A stretch of 17,762 bases of DNA from Candidatus Methylomirabilia bacterium. GTDB lineage: Bacteria > Methylomirabilota > Methylomirabilia > Rokubacteriales > CSP1-6. The notes beneath the pieces are model-generated. The model saw only the letters and a program-made list of their open reading frames with translations. It searched no databases and was not told the DNA's origin. Of the stretch, positions 1 through 7,979 are shown piece after piece (the first letter of the stretch is position 1; each line of letters opens with the position of its first letter). The translations under genes and the position numbers were made by a program. The DNA is taken from contig JBHIBG010000054.1 of assembly GCA_046758965.1 (NCBI GenBank), positions 1-17,762 on the forward strand. Direction: 5' to 3'.

Positions 1-176
1 AGCACAACTCCGAAAGCAAGCGTGAGAGAAGCTCGAGCCCCCATCCCGGACAGCTCGGCCAGGCACCCGGCAAGCGCCATGAGATCCCACTCGGCCGGGG
101 AGCGGAGCGCGACGGCTCCTCGCCGAATGGACGCTGTGGAGAGCAGGTCCTGGAGTCGGAGTGCCGAGTAGGACAT
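1..176 (-). CDS. RecA-fold / ImuA-like protein, 5' part only (runs off the window edge; not in the ORF track)
   Basis: Manual translation from ATG at 176: MSYSALRLQDLLSTASIRRGAVALRSPAEWDLMALAGCLAELSGMGARASLTLAFGVV(L), with no stop. GCLAELSGMGARASLTLAFGVV aligns ungapped to RecA [22 protein letters not shown], with GKT replaced by ASL. Confidence 0.6.
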   Translation of the reverse strand, partial: MSYSALRLQDLLSTASIRRGAVALRSPAEWDLMALAGCLAELSGMGARASLTLAFGVV

Positions 177-196
177 GGCGGATCCGGTCTACACAA

Positions 197-242
197 TAAC
201 GATGACGAGCCATTACCTTAACGTTTGACGAGTAAAAATCAA
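197..242 (-). promoter_or_regulatory. Candidate sigma70 promoter of the ImuA-like gene with an overlapping imperfect direct repeat (possible operator)
   Basis: Minus strand TTGATT (242-237)-N16-TAAGGT (220-215) in an AT-rich patch. Plus-strand repeats TAACGaTGACGAG (197-209) and TAACGttTGACGAG (219-232). Confidence 0.45.
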
Positions 243-290
243 GCCGCAAGATGTGGGGGATCGAATGCAGAAAAGACCCTACAGATCGGG

Positions 291-1352
291 CTACGAGGAT
301 TCCTCAGGCTGGGGCTTGAAGAGCCACTCAGAGCGCCGGGGTTGTGAAACGCCTCTGGCAGGCGGCTGGTACTCAGCTTTCATGGCCTCCCGATCCGGGG
401 GCGTTTGACCCAACATCCTACGGAGAGCAAGCGCGTTTCGCACCGGGTAGTCGCGATTGTTGTTGTTGAACTTCATATACACGCGCCGAACCCTGCCGTG
501 GAAGGCCCGGGCGGTCTCGGCCAGGCCCTCAAGCTCCTCAGGGGTGTAGCAGTAGTCGTACTTCTCCGCAACTGACGGCTGTTTTCCCTTCACCTGGGCC
601 TGCCAACCCGCGATATTCCGGCCGTGGAACCGCAACACGACCCACTCCGCCGTGGCCGCCGGGATCAGCGGCTGCCATGGGCAGTCCACGCCCACGAAGA
701 TGATCCCGTGCTCGGCGAGAAAGGCGAGAACCTCTTCAGTCCGCGTGGAAATCCACGAGGGGTTACGAAACTCCACCGCGATCTTCCAGCCGGGCAAGCG
801 CTCGGGAAGCGACGCCAGGTAATCCAAGGCCTTGGAGGAGTATCCGATCCACGGCGCGAACTGGAAGAGCACATAGCTCAGCTTCCCGGCCCGAGCGAGA
901 GGGGAGAGCGCATCCCAGAACCACTCGAAGCAGAGATCGAGGGCCTCTTGGGAAAAATGCTTCCGGTCGACCTCCCCGCGTCCCGTGATCGGGACGGGCT
1001 GAGGCAGGAACTCCCGCAGCCCCTTCGGGAGCCGGTCAGCCTTGGGGTGGTGGCCGGTCAGGAGCGAGTACGCCTTCACAGCGAAGTGAAACCCGGGCGG
1101 GGTTCGCTCGGCCCAGAGCTGGCTGGTCCGCACCGAGGGCAGGGTGTAGTAGGTCGCGTTGACCTCCACCGAGTCGAAGAATCGAGCGTACCACTGGAGC
1201 CGCCCCTCGGCGGTCATCTTCGGGCTGGGATAAAAGGTTCCCTCGGCCAGCAGGGAGGCGTCGAGCCAGGACGAGCACCCGACCAGGTAGTCGGTCCCGC
1301 CAGCCTCGGAGCGGCTATAGAGGAGAAGCGGCTCGTGTACGCTGTCCGGCAT
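291..1352 (-). CDS. DUF72 (YecE-like) domain protein, about 353 aa
   Basis: Family motifs VGCSSW, YARFFDSVEVNATYY, WAERTPPGFHFAVKA, LFQF, AVEFRNPSW, LRFHGRN, YDYCY, FNN. Start placed at ATG 1352 (MPDSV...) rather than 1466; the exact start is uncertain. Confidence 0.9.
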   Translation of the reverse strand: MPDSVHEPLLLYSRSEAGGTDYLVGCSSWLDASLLAEGTFYPSPKMTAEGRLQWYARFFDSVEVNATYYTLPSVRTSQLWAERTPPGFHFAVKAYSLLTGHHPKADRLPKGLREFLPQPVPITGRGEVDRKHFSQEALDLCFEWFWDALSPLARAGKLSYVLFQFAPWIGYSSKALDYLASLPERLPGWKIAVEFRNPSWISTRTEEVLAFLAEHGIIFVGVDCPWQPLIPAATAEWVVLRFHGRNIAGWQAQVKGKQPSVAEKYDYCYTPEELEGLAETARAFHGRVRRVYMKFNNNNRDYPVRNALALRRMLGQTPPDREAMKAEYQPPARGVSQPRRSEWLFKPQPEESS

Positions 1353-1620
1353 CGTCGACCGTCGCAGAAATTCTACCTCGCCGGAGATGTCTCGACACCC
1401 AACGTGGCGATGAGGACGTTCGCCTCCGCCCTTGCTGCCTTCAGATCTTGCCGCCTCGCCCAGCACTCCAGTTCGCCATTCCGGAGAGGCTGGTACCCGT
1501 CGCGCTGATCTGGCTGACGGCAGTGAGTTTCAGCACGAGCGCGCCTCACTTCATCCAGCGGATAACGGTCATCGGTCGTCGGCCGAGCAAGTTGTCCGTA
1601 ACCCATTGGGGCATCCGGTC

Positions 1621-3915
1621 TCATGTCAAGGCGTACCAGATCTTTTCGGGGGTCAGCGGCATGTCGAGGGAGGTGATCCCGAAGGGCGAGAGCGCGTCCA
1701 CCACGGCGTTGACGAGGGCCGGCGGCACGCCGATGCAACCTGCCTCACCCACGCCCTTGGCGCCCAGCAGATTCCTGGGTGACAGCGTGACGGTCTTCTC
1801 GAGCACCGGCGCCGGAACGTCGTCAGCGTGCGGGATGGCGTACTCCATCAGGGATCCGGTGAGGAGCTGCCCCTCGGCGTCGTAGACGACCTGCTCCAGG
1901 AAGACCTGGCCAAACCCCTGGACAAAGCCGCCGTGGAGCTGCCCCTCGGCAAGGAGGGGGTTCACGATGGTGCCCGCATCGTCCACCCAGACGAGCTTCT
2001 CCAGCGCGACCTTCCCGCTTTCACGATCTACCCGCACCACGGCCACGACCGTCCCGAAGCTCCACATCTCCCCGTCGGCCTGAAAGAAGACTGTAGCCTC
2101 CAGCCCGGGGCTGTCTCCCGGGGCCAGGGCCTGGCCCCTGTAGGCGGCATCCGCTACCCGCTTCCAATTCACCCGGCGCTCAGGCACACCCACGACCTGG
2201 AAGCCCCCCGGGACCGGGAGTACATCCTCCGGGGCGGCCTCGAGAAGCGTAGCGCCAATGCGCTTCCCCTTCGCCCTCACCTCGAGGGCAGCCTTGGCCA
2301 GGGCGCCTCCGCCCAGGGCAGTGCTGCGGCTCCCAAAGGTCCCAAACCCCTGGGGAGCCGACTGGGTGTCGCCGTGGCGGACCACCACCTCGACGGGCTC
2401 AACGCCCAAGAAGTCAGCGACCACCTGGGCGAAGGTGGTCTCGTGGCCTTGGCCGTGGGCGCTCGAGCCGGTGACGGCGGTGACAGTCCCGGTCCGCTCC
2501 ACCCGGACGCTCCCGCTCTCCCATCCGAGGCCGCACGGCTCCACGTAGGTGGAGAGCCCGATCCCGACAATCTCCCCCCGCGCCCGGGCCTCGGCTTGCT
2601 CCTGCCTGAGCTGGCGGTAGCCTGCGAGCTCAAGGGCCCTGTCCAGAGCCCGCTCGTAGTTCCCCGAGTCATACACCTGGCCCGTGGCGCTTCTAAAAGG
2701 AAACCGCTCCGGCGGGATGAAGTTCTTCCGGCGAACGTCGACCGGATCGATCCCGAGCACGCGGGCAGCTTCATCCACGAGTCGCTCGATCAGGAACGCC
2801 GCCTCGGGCCGACCCGCCCCTCGGTACGCTCCAATGGGTGCCGTCGTCGTCAACGCACCAGCGGCCTCGATCTCGCACGCCGGGACCACGTACGCCCCGG
2901 GAAGAAGGCGCGCGTGGTTCCAGGGAGAAACCGCGGCGCTATTGACCAGCGAGGTGCCGAGAGGATAGAGGACCCTTGCCCTGAGCCCCGTGATCCGGCC
3001 GTCTCTGGTCACTGCCAGCTCGCCCTCGGCAACACCTCCGCGGCCGTGGTTGGTGGTCAGGAGATCTTCGCTCCGGGTGGAAATCCAGTTGACCGGTCGG
3101 CCCAGCCGGACCGCCAGGTACGCGACCAGGACATCCTCCCGATAGGGCGCGGTTTTCACGCCGAAGCCGCCGCCAACCTCGGGGGCAATGGCGCGGACCT
3201 TCGCCTCGGAGAGACTCAGGGCCGTGGCGAGTTCGGCCCGCATCCGAAACGGCGCCTGAGTTGAGGTCCAGAGCGTCAGCTCCCCGGTGGCCCGGTCGAA
3301 CGAGGCGAGAATCCCGCGGGACTCCAGGGCCACACTGGCCAGCCGCTGCTGAACCACGCGGAGTTTGACGACGCGGTCCGCCGAAGCGAACGCGGCCTCG
3401 GGATCCCCGTAACGCAGGATCTGGGTAAACGACCGATTCGTGCCGAGCTCAGGAAAAAGCAGTGGCGCATCGAGGGCCAGGGCTGCCTCCGCGTCCACCA
3501 GAGGCGGCAGGGGATCGTACTCCACCTCGATCAGTTCGATCGCGTCGCGCGCCAGGTAAGGGCTCTCGCCGACCACGGCCGCCACCGGCACCCCCGGAGC
3601 ATGCACCACGCCATCTGCGAGGATCGGATGGGGTGGCACCTTCATCTCCCGGAAGATCCGGTTCACCGGCATGGGACCCAGATGGCGGACCTCGACACCG
3701 GTCACCACCGCCACCACCCCAGGAGCGTTCCTCGCCGCCTCTACATCGAGCCGCTCAATCCGGGCATGGGCGTACGGACAGCGGAGGAAGGCCACGTACG
3801 TGAGCCCGGGAGGCCGGAAGTCGTCGACAAAGCGCCCGACGCCGGTGAGGAGCCGGCGGTCCTCCTCCCGCTTCATGGGGCGCCCGATGTAGAGGCCGTC
3901 AAACGGCTTGGCCAT
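1621..3915 (-). CDS. Xanthine dehydrogenase family molybdopterin-binding large subunit (form II CoxL-like)
   Basis: REEDRRLLTG.GRFVDD, YAHARI, VGGGFGVK, AYRGAGRPEA, HGQGHETTFAQ, GTFGSRS, INP-like VNPLLAEGQLHGG, AKGVGEAG, DMPLTPEKIW. Start is ATG 3915 or TTG 3921, with GGGGGA upstream. Confidence 0.93.
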   Translation of the reverse strand: MAKPFDGLYIGRPMKREEDRRLLTGVGRFVDDFRPPGLTYVAFLRCPYAHARIERLDVEAARNAPGVVAVVTGVEVRHLGPMPVNRIFREMKVPPHPILADGVVHAPGVPVAAVVGESPYLARDAIELIEVEYDPLPPLVDAEAALALDAPLLFPELGTNRSFTQILRYGDPEAAFASADRVVKLRVVQQRLASVALESRGILASFDRATGELTLWTSTQAPFRMRAELATALSLSEAKVRAIAPEVGGGFGVKTAPYREDVLVAYLAVRLGRPVNWISTRSEDLLTTNHGRGGVAEGELAVTRDGRITGLRARVLYPLGTSLVNSAAVSPWNHARLLPGAYVVPACEIEAAGALTTTAPIGAYRGAGRPEAAFLIERLVDEAARVLGIDPVDVRRKNFIPPERFPFRSATGQVYDSGNYERALDRALELAGYRQLRQEQAEARARGEIVGIGLSTYVEPCGLGWESGSVRVERTGTVTAVTGSSAHGQGHETTFAQVVADFLGVEPVEVVVRHGDTQSAPQGFGTFGSRSTALGGGALAKAALEVRAKGKRIGATLLEAAPEDVLPVPGGFQVVGVPERRVNWKRVADAAYRGQALAPGDSPGLEATVFFQADGEMWSFGTVVAVVRVDRESGKVALEKLVWVDDAGTIVNPLLAEGQLHGGFVQGFGQVFLEQVVYDAEGQLLTGSLMEYAIPHADDVPAPVLEKTVTLSPRNLLGAKGVGEAGCIGVPPALVNAVVDALSPFGITSLDMPLTPEKIWYALT

Positions 3916-4054
3916 TGTCAACGGTTGTCCCCCGATGAAGCCGCCTTCATCACGGCCAACAGGAGCGGAGCAGCTGTAGGAGCCGCGATCGGCGCCCGCC
4001 AGGTGGAACAGATCGAGAAGCGCCTCGGCGAGTGGCTGACAAAAGACGGCCCAA

Positions 4055-4126
4055 TTGGTAGCACGACCGCATCTCTCGTGTCAACGGGGACTCCGGCTTG
4101 ACGGGCCTTCAGGCACTGGGTAGGGT
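4055..4126. promoter_or_regulatory. Candidate back-to-back divergent sigma70 promoters (molybdoenzyme and cysteine hydrolase)
   Basis: Plus strand: TTGACG (4098-4103)-N17-TAGGGT (4121-4126). Minus strand: TTGACA (4084-4079)-N18-TACCAA preceded by TGC, a weaker -10. Confidence 0.45.
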
Positions 4127-4190
4127 AAGGTCTCTCATCTCTGCCTGACTGGCAAGAATCAGGGGCTACGCGATACACTGGAACCGAACC

Positions 4191-4814
4191 GTGATCACCC
4201 TCAATCCACGCCTGACTGCACTGGTCGCCATCGACATGCACCGGGGCCACCTGGACCCGGCGGTCGCCACACTTCCGCTCCCACCCGAGCGGTGCGGCCC
4301 GGTGATCACCCGAGCCGCGGCGCTCTTCCGAGAGCTCCGGGTGCTGGGGGTCCCGATCGTACACGTCGTAACCGAGTACCGGGACCCGGGCGAGATCGCG
4401 AGCAACCCCTTCTGGAAGGCGATCCACGATGACCCGGCGAAGGTCCGGAAAGGGATCCTAAAGCACAACCTGGCGGGAAGCGCGGGAACTGAGATCATCC
4501 CGGCCCTCTGGGCCGACGGCGACCTGCGGGTCGGCGGCAAGAAGCGCTACAACTGCTTCCACGCCACTGACCTGGAGTTCCTGCTGCGGCGACTCAACGC
4601 GCGCACGCTGATCTTGGCCGGGATCAACACCACCACGTGTGTCCTCAACACTGCGTTCGAGGCGACCAATCGGGATTTTGCGGTGGTGATCGCGCAGGAG
4701 GCCGTGGATTCCATGGACGGTGAGGAGATGCACCGTTTCGCTCTCCGGGTTCTGGCCGCCGCAGTCGGACCAGTGCTCTCGAGTGAGGAGATCCTGAAAG
4801 CTCTTCGCTCCTGA
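4191..4814 (+). CDS. Cysteine hydrolase, isochorismatase/nicotinamidase family
   Basis: ALVAIDMH (catalytic Asp), KKRYNCFHATDLEFLLR (Lys), LILAGINTTTCVLNTAFEA (catalytic Cys). 207 aa, GTG start. Confidence 0.92.
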   Translation: MITLNPRLTALVAIDMHRGHLDPAVATLPLPPERCGPVITRAAALFRELRVLGVPIVHVVTEYRDPGEIASNPFWKAIHDDPAKVRKGILKHNLAGSAGTEIIPALWADGDLRVGGKKRYNCFHATDLEFLLRRLNARTLILAGINTTTCVLNTAFEATNRDFAVVIAQEAVDSMDGEEMHRFALRVLAAAVGPVLSSEEILKALRS

Positions 4815-4939
4815 TCCTCTCGCGCTACCGCGCTGCAGGCGGGCACCCCCGCGTCCGGCGTATGCCCTCCGCTTGACAACCCGCCGATTTGAATCTCGGC
4901 CGACACTCCCCACCACCCTATCCTCGCCCGCTGTCTCCC

Positions 4940-5608
4940 TCACTCGACCGTGGCGAAGAAGCGGGCCGGGGCCCCCTCGGCGCCGGCGATCTTGTAGAAC
5001 GGGGCGTAGAAGAGGACGCGCCGGGAAGGCAGGGCTCCGAGGTTGGTGAGCCCCTCCATGATCACGATGCCGGCCCCCAGGATGACCCGGTGCATGGGAA
5101 AGTCTTCGGAGGTGAAGTCCGGCAGCCTCGCGCAGTACTCCTCGAAGAAGTCGAAGCCGATGGACTTGGGTCCCTTGGCCACAAGCCACTCGGCCGACTC
5201 CGGTGGGAAGAACGGAGACTGCGTGAAGTAGTCGGGCCAGCTCCCGTACATCTTATCTGTCCAGTCGCTGCGCAGCAGAACGATATCCCCCTTGGAGACC
5301 TGATCGGCGCCGCCTCGCTTGAGGTCCTCGATGGTGATCTTGTGATTGGCGCCGACGAAGGAGAGGTCAACGACCAGCGCCGGGCCGATGACCTGCTCGA
5401 GGCTGATCTCAGCTGCGGTGATCCCGTCCCTGAAGACGTGGAGTGGGGAGTCAATGTGGGCGCCGGTGTGCAGGCTCTGCCGGACGCTCGAGACCTGCCA
5501 GAAACCCGGCCCACGCCGGTGGGGGGTGATCTCCAGCCTGAGGTTGGTCGAGGGCGGGCTCAGGGTGTTGGCGTCCACCGTCACGGAGAGATCAATCAGC
5601 TTGGCCAT
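4940..5608 (-). CDS. Cyclase family metal-dependent amidohydrolase (kynurenine formamidase-like), about 222 aa
   Basis: KLIDLS, HTGAHIDSPLH (HxGTHxDxPxH-like), GDIVLLRSDW, IGFD, PMHRVIL, MEGLTNL, GAEGAPAR. ATG 5608 follows GGAGGAGAAAG. Confidence 0.92.
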   Translation of the reverse strand: MAKLIDLSVTVDANTLSPPSTNLRLEITPHRRGPGFWQVSSVRQSLHTGAHIDSPLHVFRDGITAAEISLEQVIGPALVVDLSFVGANHKITIEDLKRGGADQVSKGDIVLLRSDWTDKMYGSWPDYFTQSPFFPPESAEWLVAKGPKSIGFDFFEEYCARLPDFTSEDFPMHRVILGAGIVIMEGLTNLGALPSRRVLFYAPFYKIAGAEGAPARFFATVE

Positions 5609-6509
5609 TACTTTCTCCTCCCTGGCGAGCATCCCTCATTCCGGCCAACAGTTCCATCGTCGTGACGATTGAGGCCAGATCCTCATCCCCTCGCCCGGCA
5701 GCGGCGGTAGCCGTTGCCAGCTGTTGCGCTAAGCTCGTCAGCGGCAGAGCGACGCCGAGGCGCCGGCCCTCCTCCACCATGAGCTTGAAATCCTTCAGGA
5801 ACAGGTCCAGCTTCATCTGCGGCTCGAAGCTGCCGGTCACCATAAGAGGCCCACGGATCTCCGCCATCTTTGAGGTTGCCGCGCTCTCCCTGATGATCTC
5901 CAGGAGCAGGCCGGGGGAGAGCCCGCCCTTGGTCCCGAGCACGAAGGCTTCGGCCAGGGCTGCGGTGTGGAGGCCGACCAGGAGGTTCAGGACGAGCTTC
6001 GCGAGCGAGGCCATTCCCCAAGCCCCCACGTAGACTGTCCGGCGCGCGATTGCCTCAAACAGGGGCCGGCAGGCCTCGGCCCGGGCCGGGTCGCCCCCGA
6101 CCAGGATCATGCAATCACCCCGCGCCACCATGGTGCTCGTCCCGCTCACGGGGGCGTCGAGGAAGCCGAGCCCCTTGGCCGCCGCGGCCTCGCCGAGACG
6201 ACGCGTCAGGTCGGGGGAAATCGTGCTCATCTGGATCAACGTGGCCCCACGGGGCGCCGTCTCGAGGAGCCCGCCGGAGCCGCCTACCACCGTTTCTACG
6301 CTCTCGAGCGAAGGGAGGATCGCGAAGACCGCGTCCGCTCCCGCGGAGGCCTCCGCAATGCTCCCCGCTGGGCGCAGCCCCTGAGGACCGAGCGCCTCCA
6401 CCTGCTCAGGGCGCGTGTCGTAGCCAGTCACTCGGAAGCCGTTCTCAAGCAGCCGTGATGCCACAGCGCTCCCCAGCAGTCCGACACCCATGATCCCTAT
6501 CTGTTGCAT
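5592..6509 (-). CDS. NAD(P)-dependent beta-hydroxyacid dehydrogenase (3-hydroxyisobutyrate/tartronate-semialdehyde reductase family)
   Basis: IGIMGVGLLG Rossmann motif, MSTISP, FLDAPVSG, AKLVLN (catalytic Lys), KDF. SD GGAGG upstream. The 3' end overlaps the cyclase gene start by 17 nt. Confidence 0.92.
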   Translation of the reverse strand: MQQIGIMGVGLLGSAVASRLLENGFRVTGYDTRPEQVEALGPQGLRPAGSIAEASAGADAVFAILPSLESVETVVGGSGGLLETAPRGATLIQMSTISPDLTRRLGEAAAAKGLGFLDAPVSGTSTMVARGDCMILVGGDPARAEACRPLFEAIARRTVYVGAWGMASLAKLVLNLLVGLHTAALAEAFVLGTKGGLSPGLLLEIIRESAATSKMAEIRGPLMVTGSFEPQMKLDLFLKDFKLMVEEGRRLGVALPLTSLAQQLATATAAAGRGDEDLASIVTTMELLAGMRDARQGGESNGQAD

Positions 6510-6628
6510 TCCATCCCTCCCTCGCCGTAGTCGGTGTGGATATCCTGCACTGCTAGCATCACAGTTTCATGCGGCAGCGTGCCGGGAGAGGATTCGCTGA
6601 ATTCCACACCCAGCGTTGTTCCCTCCCC

Positions 6629-7606
6629 TCAGTCATAGATTTCGGGGTTGAAGCAATTCGGGGGCCGTCGCCCCTCGATGACAGCGAGGATATTGTCGAC
6701 TACGGTGAGCGCCATCTGCTCCCGAAGTTCGAGCACCGCGCTGCCGACGTGGGGGGTGAGGACCGCGTTTGGAAGCCCGACCAGTTCCGGCTCCACATGA
6801 GGCTCCTGCTCAAACACATCGAGAGCCGCCCCGGCGATCCGTTTCTCCCGGAGAGCCTTCACCAGCGCCTTCTCGTCCACCACCGGCCCTCTGGCCGTGT
6901 TGACAAGATAGGCCGTCGATTTCATCCGCGCCAGCTCCCGCTCCCCGATCAGATGATAGGTCTCCCGGGTATAGGAACAGTTGATGGACACGAAGTCGGC
7001 TTCCTCCAGGAGCCGGTCCAGGGTCGTGTAGTGGAGAGCGAGGGCGTCCTCGTCGGCGCGAGTGAGACGGGTCCGCTTGTAGTAGACGATCCGCATCCCG
7101 AATCCCAGGGCCCGCCGAGCCACGGCCCGGCCGATCTGCCCGCAGCCGATGATTCCCATGGTCTTTCCGTGGACCCCGGCTCCCTCCAGATAAGAAGATT
7201 GCGCACCGGGAAAGAGCCCCGTTCTGAGGAGTCTGTCGGCCTCGACCACCCGCCGGGCCACGGCCAGCAGGAGGGCCCAGTGAAGGTCCGCGGTGGCGTC
7301 TGTCACGATGGGAGGGATGACCGTGATGGGAATCCTCCGGGCCGTGGCAGCCTTCACATCAATCCCCGCCGGGGCGATCGCCATAGAGGCGAGTAACTTG
7401 AGGTCGGGGTTCGCCGCCATCACCTCAGCGTCGATGGTGTCGTGAAGGAGACAGAAGAGGTAGTCGTTCTCTCCGACGGCTTTGCAGAGTTCAGCCTTTG
7501 TCATGATGTGAAGAGGGTCATGGTTCCACGTCACCCCCGCCACGGCCTCGAGCCTCCGAATCGCCTTTCCCGCGACCGGCTGGGTAATGAAGACCTTGGG
7601 CTGCAT
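6629..7606 (-). CDS. D-2-hydroxyacid dehydrogenase (glyoxylate/hydroxypyruvate reductase, D-glycerate dehydrogenase-like)
   Basis: TDATADL, HGKTMGIIGCGQIG, LVNTARGPVVDE (Arg), ALDVFEQEP (Glu), TPHVGS (His). ATG 7606 follows GAGGAG. Confidence 0.93.
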   Translation of the reverse strand: MQPKVFITQPVAGKAIRRLEAVAGVTWNHDPLHIMTKAELCKAVGENDYLFCLLHDTIDAEVMAANPDLKLLASMAIAPAGIDVKAATARRIPITVIPPIVTDATADLHWALLLAVARRVVEADRLLRTGLFPGAQSSYLEGAGVHGKTMGIIGCGQIGRAVARRALGFGMRIVYYKRTRLTRADEDALALHYTTLDRLLEEADFVSINCSYTRETYHLIGERELARMKSTAYLVNTARGPVVDEKALVKALREKRIAGAALDVFEQEPHVEPELVGLPNAVLTPHVGSAVLELREQMALTVVDNILAVIEGRRPPNCFNPEIYD

Positions 7607-7791
7607 CCCGCTCCTCATTTGACCCTGAGAGGCTCACACGGAGCCGACGACTGGAGCTGTATCACCGTCAGAAGCCCGCGACCCCAGGGCGGCCAGCGTC
7701 GTCCTGAATCTCGCGGGCGGAGGGGCCTCCAGGCACGACGCCTATTCTCGCCTATTTTTTGGCCATCAAGCAAACGCAGAGTTGTCGGCAC

Positions 7792-7821
7792 TTGACAATC
7801 CCCTTGGACTCCGTCTAGATT
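7792..7821 (+). promoter_or_regulatory. Candidate sigma70 promoter of the CocE/NonD hydrolase
   Basis: TTGACA (7792-7797)-N18-TAGATT (7816-7821) in the divergent intergenic region. Confidence 0.55.
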
Positions 7822-7979
7822 CCCCTAAGTCCTTCTCGGATATCGGAAAAGTCCTCTCGTCGAGGAGGCAGCACGCCCCTGGATAGCCTCCCCGGGACAG
7901 CTCTCAACGGCCGCGCAAGGCGCCAGCTCAACCCGGAGGCTCGGATGACAGTGCCTGCGCGTGATGGCGGAGAAACGAG

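Noticed and set aside
315..335. DUF72 C-terminal RRSEWLF as a beta-clamp-binding motif
   Set aside because: It lacks the conserved Gln of QxxLF; resemblance only.
1373..1624. Minus-strand 83-codon ORF (MRPDAPMGYG...) with an ATGA overlap on the molybdoenzyme stop, filling the gap to DUF72
   Set aside because: No recognisable motif and not a 2Fe-2S subunit (only two Cys). ORFs of this size arise by chance at this GC content. Not excluded, but unsupported.
1828..3264. Long antisense or alternate-frame ORFs (478 aa here; also 624-1508, 6569-7396, 13179-14453)
   Set aside because: They shadow well-supported genes, carry no motifs, and are expected from high-GC codon bias.
1621..3915. Calling the gene coxL / aerobic CO dehydrogenase
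   Set aside because: It lacks the form I AYxCSFR Cu-binding motif, and no coxMS or accessory genes are present.
4873..4900. TTGACA in the convergent gap pointing antisense into the cyclase gene
   Set aside because: No -10-like hexamer at 16-18 nt spacing.
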